Origin: Harriotta raleighana
Lineage: Eukaryota
Direction of reading: 5' to 3'
NCBI GenBank assembly: GCA_050575255.1
Contig: JBNZDD010013392.1
Location: 262,845 to 326,844 of the forward strand
Length of the DNA stretch: 64,000 nt
Within the stretch, counting starts at the first letter, position 1. Every line of letters starts with the position of its first letter. The position numbers and the translations under genes were made by a program. Below are positions 13,553 through 54,500 of the stretch, piece after piece. The notes below the pieces were generated by a model. The model saw only the letters and a list, made by a program, of their open reading frames with translations. It was not told the DNA's origin and did not search any database.

Positions 13553-15516
13553 ATATTTGTGAAACCTAGGTTGGCCCACAGTACAGGACTATCTTTGTTA
13601 AAAAGCGTGAGAGAGAAGATGGAATAAATAAGATGTGATGGTGAGAAGTGATATAAAACTGCTGATTATTTTGATGTGTATTGCATTTGGAGTATTAAGT
13701 GATTGAACCCTGAACAAAACCTGCACATAGCAGGTTAACAGACTATGTAACCATTGTCCTTTATGTATATTTATACCTAATTGCGTTCTATAAAGCATGT
13801 GTAAAACAAACTTCTGTAAAATAGCTTGTATTTCTGTATACAATAAAATCCAGGAAATTACATTAATGTGGTTTGAGAACTGAACCATGGGTGTTATTAA
13901 TGAGGTTGCTCTGAATTTGCTAAATTAAAATATACTTGTGTTCTCATGTTAAGTACTTGAAGCAACCTTGGAATTTGGAAGACAATGTTCCTCTCATACG
14001 TAGTTAAAACCAAACAAAATGTCTTGTATAACTAAGGAGGTAATATATAAGTTTACAGAGGAGTCTCATAAAATGACATGCCTTGTGCTGTTTTGGTTCT
14101 CACTATTTTAAAAGGATATTCACCTTTTTGGGGGAAATGGTCAATGTGATGCAAGTGAAGAAAAGCAATCTGTGAAGGACCGATTGGAAAGGAAGGAAAG
14201 CAGTAGATCAAACCAAATGCAAAGATTGAACACGTTGAGTTTCAGATAGGTCAGAGAGATTGAGGAAGGCAATTGGCCAAAAAGCCAAACTGTAAAAAAA
14301 AACTCTCAGGTGCCTAAGTCACTAGCTATGTAGGTTCCTTATGTTCAGTTTATCAAACAATAGATGGTGCTATCGTTGAAGAAGTAATGAGTTTGAGTCT
14401 GTCCATTGTCAACGGTCGAGCATTCAGCCACTTTGCCCTGAATCTCTGGAACTCCCTCCCTCAAACCCTTCGCCNCCCAAAACGTTGATTCACTTATCCT
14501 TTCTCCATAGTTGCTACCTGACTTGCTGAGTGTTCCCAGCCATTTCTGTTTTCGTTCAGATTTCCAGCATCTGCAATGTTTTGCATTTTTGTTTATATTT
14601 GTGAAACCTAGGTTGGCCCACAGTACAGGACTATCTTTGTTAAAAAGCGTGAGAGAGAAGATGGAATAAATAAGATGTGATGGTGAGAAGTGATATAAAA
14701 CTGCTGATTATTTTGATGTGTATTGCATTTGGAGTATTAAGTGATTGAACCCTGAACAAAACCTGCACATAGCAGGTTAACAGACTATGTAACCATTGTC
14801 CTTTATGTATATTTATACCTAATTGCGTTCTATAAAGCATGTGTAAAACAAACTTCTGTAAAATAGCTTGTATTTCTGTATACAATAAAATCCAGGAAAT
14901 TACATTAATGTGGTTTGAGAACTGAACCATGGGTGTTATTAATGAGGTTGCTCTGAATTTGCTAAATTAAAATATACTTGTGTTCTCATGTTAAGTACTT
15001 GAAGCAACCTTGGAATTTGGAAGACAATGTTCCTCTCATACGTAGTTAAAACCAAACAAAATGTCTTGTATAACTAAGGAGGTAATATATAAGTTTACAG
15101 AGGAGTCTCATAAAATGACATGCCTTGTGCTGTTTTGGTTCTCACTATTTCAAAAGGATATTCACCTTTTTGGGGGAAATGGTCAATGTGATGCAAGTGA
15201 AGAAAAGCAATCTGTGAAGGACCGATTGGAAAGGAAGGAAAGCAGTAGATCAAACCAAATGCAAAGATTGAACACGTTGAGTTTCAGATAGGTCAGAGAG
15301 ATTGAGGAAGGCAATTGGCCAAAAAGCCAAACTGTAAAAAAAAACTCTCAGGTGCCTAAGTCACTAGCTATGTAGGTTCCTTATGTTCAGTTTATCAAAC
15401 AATAGATGGTGCTATCGTTGAAGAAGTAATGAGTTTGAGTCTGTCCATTGTCAACGGTCGAGCATTCAGCCACTTTGCCCTGAATCTCTGGAACTCCCTC
15501 CCTCAAACCCTTCGCC
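13434..15516. repeat. 1041-bp direct duplication split by a single N (probable assembly/haplotype overlap)
   Basis: 13434-14474 and 14476-15516 appear identical by eye except T14109 vs C15151; N at 14475. Confidence 0.9.
13842..13847 (+). terminator. Candidate LRIG2 polyadenylation signal
   Basis: AATAAA after an AU-rich 3'UTR-like tract, about 1.8 kb downstream of the stop codon; repeated at 14884-14889 by the duplication. Confidence 0.4.
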
Positions 15517-15675
15517 TCGCCCCCTCCTTTTCCATTTTCAGGTCGAGCTTGAAGACCTTTCTGTTCAACCCCACCTACGGTCACCTCCTTCTCCCCCTGG
15601 CTTGGCTCAGGGCTGTGCTATTGTGAAGCGCTCTGAGACGCCGTGGAGGGCGCTATATAAATCCAAGTTGTTGCT
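15440..15675 (+). mobile_element. L2-clade LINE 3' fragment
   Basis: cgagcattcagccactttgccctgaatctctggaactccctccc...gtgaagcgctctgagacgccg...gcgctatataaatccaagttgttg. Confidence 0.75.
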
Positions 15676-16652
15676 GAGTTGCATCTTGCCTCGTTCTGGT
15701 GCATTCCCTGAAGTCTTTAAAGTTTTTTTTATTATATTATCTTGGATATGGTTCTATGGGGAACCATAACACCCTGTCCTTTGCCCCATGTGATCATGAG
15801 GTGGGAGCCAAGAAGGGTATTCAATGATGAGTAATTCAAATTGACCCCAGTCTTACCTTGTTGGTAATTCACACATTGATCACCAGAGGGAACTGTCGGA
15901 TTTCCTTCCCTCTGGTCCTGGACCTTTGAGGCGAGTTATAATCCCAAATCACCTGACTGAGAACAGTGCATTACTGTACAAGGAGAGATTATTTGCAACA
16001 CTCAATTTAATGTTGTATAAATTGAAAGATGCGATGGTGTCTCTTTGAGAGTGACATCAAAGAATTTACAGCGGTGGGTGGGGGGTGGGGGCTATAAGAA
16101 GCTCAGAGGAGCCAGGTTTGTCAACAGGGACAACAGACTGATCCGGCCCAGGAACNTCGACAAGAAACAACAGAAAAACCAAATGACATTTATACAGTAC
16201 AGCGCCCTTCACGTCGGGAGGACATTCCAAGCGGGGGGTGGGGGCTATAAGAAGCTCAGAGGAGCCAGGTTTGTCAACAGGGACAACAGACTGATCCGGC
16301 CCAGGAACAGCAGAGAAAGAGAGCACATTGGATTCCAACAATCTATCCCTGGGATTCCCATGTGGAGATGGGATGTGGCTGAGTGACAGCGACTCCCAGA
16401 GTCAGCTGGTTGCCAGAGCCCCGCCCCCCGCACAAGTCCCGCCCCCACACTAGCCCCGCCCACCACAAGCCCGCCCTCCTCACAAACTCCGCCTCACACG
16501 ACAACGTCTGGGGCACGTGATGGCGTCATTGCGTCACCGGTTAGAGCGGACGCGGCTGGTGTGTGTGAGCGAGCGGCCAGAGGCCGGGCCCGGAGCGGGG
16601 GCTGGTCTCCCACTGACCCGCACACACTGAGGCAGGTTCCCGCGGCCCCGAC

Positions 16653-46314
<29,662 letters not shown>

Positions 46315-46479
46315 TCAGTGTAACACGGCCACAAAATACTTTTAATTGTGTTCAGTTCTCTTTGTAAGCATCTGATTTAAAGTCCTCTAGGTCCAACTGA
46401 AATTGCACTACGTTTTCTATAAAACATGAAGGATTATTTGGAATATTCTACCCGAGCTGTGAACAACGCTTGCGTTTCA

Positions 46480-46720
46480 GTTGCAAAAACGCAAAATCCT
46501 GCAAATACTGAAAATATGAACCAAAACAGAAATGACTGGGAACACTCAGCAAGTCAGGCAACATCTATGGAGAAAGGGAAGTGAGTCAATGTTTCGGGTC
46601 CACGTCCCTGAGTAAGAACTTCATCATTGGATCCGAAACGTTGACTCATTCCTTTCTCCAATAGATGCTGCCTGACTTGCTGACTGTTTCCAGCAATTTC
46701 TACTTTGTTTTAATTTCAGC
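46480..46720. mobile_element. Palindromic Penelope-like repeat in MAGI3 3'UTR
   Basis: Inverted arms 46527-46602 and 46628-46703, largely complementary by eye. Confidence 0.7.
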
Positions 46721-47493
46721 AGTTTGTGCCACATGAAGAAATTGCATCATCTTTGTTGTTGGCTTAGCTGCAGTCCTGTTTTTTTTTAAAAAACATAGAA
46801 TTCCTTGTATTTCTCTCATCCTGCATTGATGCATCAGTGTGAGAATTGCAGACTGTAATAGTCAAGTTTGGGAATCTCCTGACCACAGATCNCTGCTCAG
46901 TGTGAGAATTGCAGACTGTAATAGTCAAGTTTGGGAATCTCCTGACCACAGATCATGATCAGAACTAGAATGTTTAGAAACAGAAGCAATAGTTAATGTG
47001 CTTCCCTTGAAGTGTTCATGTAAATCTAGCACCTTGTTGTCTGTGATGTACTCGTGTAAGTAGCAGAACAGCACAGGCAGCAGTCGGTCTTCCATTGTTG
47101 TGCTCACTTGAAATCAACACTATTTCAAGAATTAAAACACTCCATACCTTAACCAGGACTGTTAGTCCAGAAATCTTATATTGTCTAACATAAAAGTAAT
47201 GAGTATTTCTAGTGTAGAATGTGCTGATGAATGTTAGGTACATGCATGCTTACATATAATGCATATAACACATATATAATGCAAAGGCACTTTGTGCAGA
47301 AACTTTCTATTTGACCTGTTTGCAGTACAACAACTTCAATTTATACAGTGCCCTCCACGCCGGACGGTGTCTCAGTGCGATACAAGTCCATTTATAATCC
47401 GTGTTTGGCTTTCTCCTCGGATAATGCACTCCCCGGTACATTATTGGGATTGGTGTGAAATATTGATTCATTATTTCATTCTGAAACCATTGC

Positions 47494-47552
47494 AATAAAA
47501 TATTCAAACAATATCTTCGGTACTCCATTAAAATCCATGAAATGGAAATAAA
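47494..47552 (+). terminator. Candidate MAGI3 polyadenylation signals
   Basis: AATAAA at 47494-47499 and 47547-47552, about 1.2 kb after the stop codon. Confidence 0.45.
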
Positions 47553-47654
47553 ATAAGCTGGTCTTATTGAGCCCTGCCCAACCCTCCAACCTCTACCTCG
47601 TCCTGTTCTCTTTCTCTGCTCCTAGGGCCATCACACCCTGAGCCTCAGTTTTGT

Positions 47655-47750
47655 CAGTTTCTGACGAAAGGTCATAGACCTGAAACGGTAACTAATTTTC
47701 CTCTCTCCGTCGATGCTGCATGACCTCAACTACTTCTGTTTTATTTCAGA
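47655..47750 (+). mobile_element. Penelope-like repeat copy with minimal hammerhead-ribozyme-like core
   Basis: CTGACGA-A-AGGTC-ATA-GACCT-GAAAC-GGTA at 47661-47690, followed by the family body ctctctccgtcgatgctgcatgacct...ttctgtttttatttcaga. Confidence 0.6.
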
Positions 47751-48734
47751 AACAATCCATATCTGGCACTGGTCTGAACGGAACCGTGCCCCATAGTTTG
47801 TCTCCATGATGGGGAACTTGATGGAAATCTCATTTATGTTCTCTATTCATGTTTAACGGTTGATTGCTACACCCAAGGATTCCTGTGAATTGGATCATAG
47901 TTGGTATTTACACATAGGATCAGTTCCATGGAGGAGCAGCAGATTTTTTCCCTTTTCCTCTTCTGAAGGCATTTAATTTTGCTTCCTAGTCAGACTTCAG
48001 TGGAAGATATTAATGATTGATCCTTAACAGTCGAATATTTTCAGGCAATTTGGCTCCAGGGATATCAAAACCAAACAATCCTGTCTGCACATGACATCCA
48101 CATATTTCTGCAGAAAGTAGCTGACAAGCAATCGGAGGAGCCCAAGTTCCATTTGTTTTGCCCGTCACTAACCCAGCACATGCGAATCACTAACCCTGCA
48201 CTAATATGCAAATTCAATTGTTGCCCAAAATAAGATCAAAAACTCAGAACAGACCAAGATTTTGCAGGATGTTTATTAAGCAAGATAATTAACAACAAAA
48301 GAATTACACTTGTACTGTATAGCGCCTTTCATATCGGGAGGAAAAAAGCTGAGTACAATACTACTCATTTCTTAAAAAAGATAGATCTAGTGTTTTGTTC
48401 TGTTTTGTTTCTATTCTGTTATTTTTGTATTTGGAATTGATGAGAATTGAACTGATTCGTCACTTGATTTTTGGAATCTCCGGTACAATGGTCATTTGTA
48501 ATATCAGAAGCTGAAAGAGTTACAAATTAATGAATCTGAGATGCTACTGACTCCATTTCATCTGTGAAACATGTATTTCAACTATGTCCCTTGTGAATTG
48601 TGGGACTTTGTACTTAGTAGGAACTCTGCCTGGTCACATTCTCTCCCATTTCAGTCCAAGTGTCTTGTCTAGTAACAAAGCTACTTGTGGATCTTGTAAT
48701 AAATTAGCAAAGACCATTGACAGTATAATGTTTT

Positions 48735-48995
48735 TAATACTAACAATCCTTGCTTTTGATATAGAGTTCATCACATCTTCTACGCGTCTCAAAGCACTTC
48801 ATAGAATATACTGTCAAGTGAATTGAGTGTATTTTTATGGGCACAACGTGGCAGCCAAATGTGTACAGCAGTATCCCACAAACATTTGTGTTTTGAAGTG
48901 ACCAATTTATTGTTTTTTCTCAAGGCATTATTAAGGTGTTTGGAGTAAGGAATTTGCCCAAGGTTTCGCCCAAGCTGAAGTCGAACCTAGGTCTG
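48735..48995 (-). mobile_element. tRNA-derived SINE (head truncated)
   Basis: ctcaaagcacttcatagaatatactg...gtggcagccaaatg...ggagtaaggaatttgcccaaggtttcgccc on the + strand. Confidence 0.8.
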
Positions 48996-49014
48996 AGGGT
49001 TAGGCCACCATTGG

Positions 49015-49165
49015 TATAAATGCATTCAAAAGAAAGCTAGACCTTCACACCTAGATAGGGAGAAGGGATTAAAAAGGAACAGTGGGGAGTAAGCAGTGGG
49101 AGCATAAACATTACCATGGGCAGATTAGGCTGAGTGGCCTGTTTCTGTGCTGTACATTTTTTGTA
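49015..49165 (+). mobile_element. CR1-like 3' end fragment
   Basis: gcattcaaaagaaagctaga...ggcagattaggctgagtggcctgtttctgtgctgta resembles the CR1 3'UTR seen at 38740-38900. Confidence 0.5.
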
Positions 49166-50554
49166 AATATTTGTAAGTGGAGCTTTCATGTTACTTAAAG
49201 CTTCTTGTTAAAGTGCTAATCAGAAACAGGCTATTCACATCTAGCTTTGTATTCCAAGAAAACAATTTGCATCCTTTGCTCCCCCAGATTCAGACACTGA
49301 CCACTTGTGTCAGATCCCTGTTCACTTGCTGGTAGAACTGCTGCTTCACTAGCCAGGCTTCCTTCCACCTAGTGGACATCTATGGTTTGTTCTGGTTGTG
49401 TATTCAGAGTTTCTGTCATATTATTGCTCATGTTAATGATCAACACTGACAGATGATTATATTCAACTTTAATATTTAAAGAGAACAAAATAAACTCAAA
49501 ATGAGGAAGTTTACCTGAGAATCATGATTTGAATTATTTTAAACATTGATTTACTTGTTCTCATCGTGCATCTTTCACAACTGTTACTGAACATTCCACC
49601 TCTTTATAGGAAAAGAAACCTTGACGTTAAGGTAACTAAATCTGCAAAGAAATACTGACGCTGAGATGTACCCGTTATTACCACAGGATTTCCTTGTAGG
49701 ATTGTATCATCGCAGCTTTCACACTGTCCATAGAAATGATAGACAGGAGATCTTGGACTGGACGGTCCAGGGCCTTTGAAGAGGACTTATTTCTATTACT
49801 AGATGATTATTTCTGTTGCAAATGATGATTAAATAGGATAATAATTGTCCCTTTATGGATTCCGTATAATTTATTCTGAGCATTTCAATGCTCTATTATT
49901 CATTTGAGATAGCCTGACAACAATTTTACATTTCTATAGCTCCTTTCCTATCAATAGGACAGCTCAAATCATTTAATTACTGTCTGAATGTCTAGGTGGC
50001 TGTATCTGAGCAAATCTATTAAGACACAGCTCATCTTCAAAATCCTATTCCATCACTTTGATTATATACCCGGGCTTCTGGGATGTGTCATGGGGAAATG
50101 GCCTTTCATATGGTTACAAAATGAATCAATCTTGAGGATGTAAATGTTTCTACTGTACAGTCCCTTTATAAATACTCAGTGGAGAAAGATCTGTAAATTC
50201 AATCATTATTTTTTTATGTATCACATGGCATTCAACTGTTGCACTGTAAAATAAACCTTACTTTGAATCTATGCAGTCACCATTAATGTCTCTTTGTAAA
50301 CTGATGATGTGGATTAATAAACGTGTGGCATTGAGTGAGTACATATCAAAGCAAACCTGTTAAAATGTTAATTGTTCCAAATTATTATCAAATGGCACAA
50401 ACCGGCAGCAGTGGGAGTTTGGGGGATGTTATAATTGAGAAGTTTTCGGTGAGGAGCTCAGGGAGGGTGAGGCGCTACACAAATGTCTTGTTGTTTTTGC
50501 GGCTGGAGAAGCTGAGCTCGAGACACTGATTCCCTGGCGCTGACCCGCGGACTG

Positions 50555-50652
50555 TAAACCAGCAAAGGGACAACTGGTGAAACACAGGTCAGGCAGCATC
50601 CATGGAGAGAGGAAAGCGAGTCAGCGTTTAGGATCCACGAACCTTCGTCAGA
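50555..50652 (-). mobile_element. Penelope-like repeat copy with decayed hammerhead core
   Basis: Minus strand reads ctgacgaaggttcgtggatcctaaacgctgactcgctttcctctctccatggatgctgcctgacctg. Confidence 0.55.
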
Positions 50653-50779
50653 AGAGACAACTGGTAACTGATTGCTCACCTCCACCTGGGGGGCTGGGAA
50701 AGAGTGTTAGAGGGAGTGAGAGAGCAAGAGAAACAGTGAGGGAATGGAGACATTGTAGAGTGAGAGAAGGGAGAGTGAG

Positions 50780-51520
50780 CGCCCCCCCGCGGTGACCAGC
50801 CGCCTGCAGCGGAAGGACGAAGTTGCTGAGGACGCGCTTCTCTTCCTGACAGACTGGGGTAAAGGACCTGCGCTCTGCGTCCTCCCAGCCGCCGGCCGCC
50901 GCCCTGGGAAGGAGCGGAAGCTGGAAACGTTCTCGGGACGGATATATATATATATATACCACCTGATGCGGCCCGCGGGCCGCCATATGGACTACGCTTC
51001 TTGTAACCCCCACCCCCCCACCCTTTCCCCGGAGGTTGGACACTGACAGTCACCAGCACTTCCGCCCCACTTAAGATGGCGACGCCGCTGTTCCACGGAC
51101 TGAAGATGACGCATTTCCGCTTAAGTGGCCACGACCACTTCCGCCCCCTCCCCCGCAGAAGATGGCGCAGATCGGCCTGATCCGCCTGAAGGAGCCGCAA
51201 CCTCGGTCTCCGGCCCCGAACTCTCCCGCTCCGGAACCGCCCACCCCGGCCGCCAAGAGGCGAAAAACCCGGCACCAGCGCGACCCCGACAGGAGGAGCA
51301 GCCATTCCCCGCCGCCCGCCCTGTACTCGCTCAGCCCGGCCCCGCCCCCCACCGTCTCCATCTCCCGGGTGAAGGCCCCGCGGGACCAGGACAGGAAACC
51401 CCGGGACAGACCGGAGCAGAGCGTCCGCCGGCCCGGCACAGGTACAGGAGCCCGGGGTCCAGGAGAAGCCGTTTGTTGTCCATGTTGGAGCCACCTCCAC
51501 CCCCCCCGCCTGAGGCAGTG
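50780..51520. promoter_or_regulatory. RSBN1 CpG-island promoter
   Basis: CpG-dense; ETS/GC-box composites CACTTCCGCCCC (about 51057 and 51136), YY1-like AAGATGGCG (51073, 51159), (AT)n tract at 50942-50958. Confidence 0.75.
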
Positions 51521-54500
51521 AGTGCAGTGACATGAAGAGCTGAGTTGGGAAGATCCCAAACCCACATTCAGCTCCCGATTGTTGCCCGGACCCTGAGGTT
51601 AGATTGACGATCACCTGCCAGTGTCAGCTCATTAACACGCTGGGGTTGCTGCTCGTGGATCTTTTCATTTCTCCTCGAGTTGTGACTCTGCCAATCCAGG
51701 ATTAACAGTTTAAAAACCTGCTGCTGCCAATAATGCTGTGTTCTGTGTCGGTGCATGAGATGAAGGCAGTGGGCGCCAATACTGTACAACAGACAATCGT
51801 CAGGCTGTAGTTTTAGGATTAATGGTACATTTGTCCTCGGGTGGGGGTGGGGGAGACAAGTGGCTCCAAGGTGACATGTTTAGGGTCGGGCCAGCCTTCC
51901 GGGGTAGTCCCTGGGCCGGTTCCTGACCAGGTGGTCCTCGGTTTTCCAAGCACAGTTTATGGCTGTCTGGCTCATCGGTCAGACCTGGAAGTCCAGATGA
52001 GTCGATGTGGACAGGGACTCTTCCATGGACCACTCAATCCTCCTCCACTGACTTTTCTCCCACCTCAATCTTCAAGGTTCTGTCCTTGACTGGTTCCGGT
52101 ACTAACTTTCACACCTTGTGTCTGCCCACAGCTTTTCCTGTAGCCCCCGCAGCATCTCGTGCGGTGTTCCTCAAGGCTCTGTCCTTCGTCCCCTCCTCTT
52201 CACCCTCTGTATGCTCCCCCTTCGGTGGCATCATCCACAGATAAGGGGTCAATTACCACATGTACGCGGATTTCATCCAATTCTACTTTTCCGCTTCCAC
52301 CCTCAACTCCAGGACTACCGGCGTCCTGACTGTCTATCTGCCTGACATTGAGTCCTGGATGAGGGACAACTTTCTCCAGTTAAATGTCCATAAGACTGAG
52401 GCCCTCTTGATTGGCTCGCGTCAGCGCCTCCAACCTCAGGCGCTGGTGGCATCAGCATCCAAGGCTGCACTCCACCTCTCGAAGCCAGTCAGGAACCTGA
52501 GTGTCTTGTTTGTCTCTGAATTGTTCTTCCTGCCCCACATCCACTCTATGACCAGTACTGCCTTCTCCACCACCTTCGAAACATCACCAAACTCCGCCTC
52601 TGCCTCACCCCTCAGGCTGCTGAAACCCTTGTCCATGCGTTCGTCGCTTGAAGGCTTCCTCATCAGCCTTCCGGGCTTTTCCCTTCACAAGCTGCAGATC
52701 ATCCAAAACTCTGCAGCTTGTGTCCTCTTCCATGCCAGGCTCCACGATCACATCACTCCTACCTCCATTGGATCTCCATCCCCCAAACGATCGAATTCAA
52801 GATCCTTGCCATTCACGTCCTTGCTCCTCCTATCTCTCCGAGTCCCCCTTTGAATCCCCTCTGATCAGCTGGCTCCGGCCTGCTCCATGTGCCCCAACCG
52901 ACCGGCCCTAACATCGGCGGATGGGCTTTCAGCCTCTCTGCCCACACACTCTGGAACTCCATCCTACAGTCCGTTCGGCTCGCTTCCTCCCTTGCCTCTT
53001 TCAAGGCTGGTCTCAAGACCCTCCTCTTCGATCGTGCATTCTGCTGCCCTCAAAACTCTCTCCCCCCACCCATCCCATACGCTGCCCCTCGCACTTGCTC
53101 AGGTCCTGACCTGACTGTTCAGTGCTTTGGGATGACCTGACGTGTAAAAGTTTAATTTTGTTGTTGTTGTTCCCACTCAGCTCCTCTTAACCCTGCAGTC
53201 AAATCCCTGACAGATAGGGTGGTCCTAGCTGGACAAGCTGTGGAGAAGTAAAAGTGCAGTTTTAGCTGGTTAGACCCCAGCAGTTTGCCAATGCACACTC
53301 TGTGGTCACCAAACCTTGTCTCTTGGCAAACTGCACCTAATACTTTCTGGAATTAGGTAAGCAGCATGTGTCTCTCCAGGGAGAAATTGTACATTCTATT
53401 TACCACTGGAATTTCCATGTGTATGCAAATTCTCAGTTTGTGGTGAAACTGTTGGGTTTCTCCTGCATACGATGAGATGGTAATACTCAAGAGGATGTAA
53501 TAGTGTTGAATGGCATTTTGGTATTTCCAAATTACGGTCTTAGATTTAAGCCCTTCAAAACACTACCTACGTGAAGGATGCTGTATAATTCAAGTTGTTG
53601 GAGCCCATTAGGAAACTACATTCTGATGGGATATATGTTCAAACAAATGTCATCTTCAGCGGATAATGTAAAATGCTTATCCCAGATTTATCCAATCTCC
53701 TTCAAACTTTGAAAAAAATTCTTATTCACTCTTCCCCATGCCCAAGTGAGCCAGCAGAGGGGACAACCAGAGCAATTGGGTAGGACAAGATCACAGAGCT
53801 AAGGCAGTGCTAACAACCAACAAACAAAATTACATTTATATTAAGTGTCGTTTACGTTAGCATGATGTTCCAAGGCACCAGAGCATGAACTGATATATAC
53901 ATGATGTTGAAGACCTTGAAGTTGACATTTTGGTAGATAGCAGAGTCTGGAGTGGGGTGATGGACATGTGGTATTTGGTGATGGAAAGAATACAGGTGAT
54001 GGAGTTTATGTTGGTTCAACTATGGAGACTGGTGAGGAGTACATTTGAAAAATCTCGCCAGTTGCTACAAAGATGTGAATGAATGTGCTGACCACATTTC
54101 ATGTGAAATGGGTAGTGGTGAACAATGTGGCAGAGATAAGAAAAAAGCCGTCTTGGTCAGGGATCAAATGTGAGGAAAGAAAGAGAGCTGAGAATCGTAT
54201 TGGAAGACAAGGTTACGAACTGATTCAGTGAATTTGAAACAGAGTTCAGGGAGGTTGATTAGGTTAGAGCTATAGGAGAGTTTTGCGGAGACTAAGGAAG
54301 ATGGCTTTTGTCTTGTACATGTTGAGCTGCAAAAAATTAAGCTTATTCAGCTATTGATTTTTGTCAGGCAAGATGATAGAACATCAATGGACCCAGAATT
54401 GAGAGTAGAAGTGGAGAAGTAGATTTGGGTGTTCTCTGTCTACATGTGAAAATTAATCCTGTTTCTGCAGATATGAGTAGTTTTATTTTTCTGGTCAATT

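Noticed and set aside
13598-14930. Two identical 96-aa minus-strand ORFs suggesting a duplicated small gene
   Set aside because: They lie in the N-split 1041-bp duplication of the LRIG2 3' region and show no coding hallmarks.
49817-49882. Box C/D snoRNA-like pattern (ATGATGA at 49822, CTGA at 49876, short TGC/GCA stem)
   Set aside because: No host intron on this strand, no recognisable rRNA/snRNA guide and no clear C'/D' boxes; likely chance in AT-rich DNA. A snoscan or Infernal hit would reopen it.
50676-51614. 312-aa minus-strand ORF and other overlapping ORFs at the RSBN1 promoter
   Set aside because: GC-rich antisense shadow of RSBN1 exon 1 with no recognisable domain.
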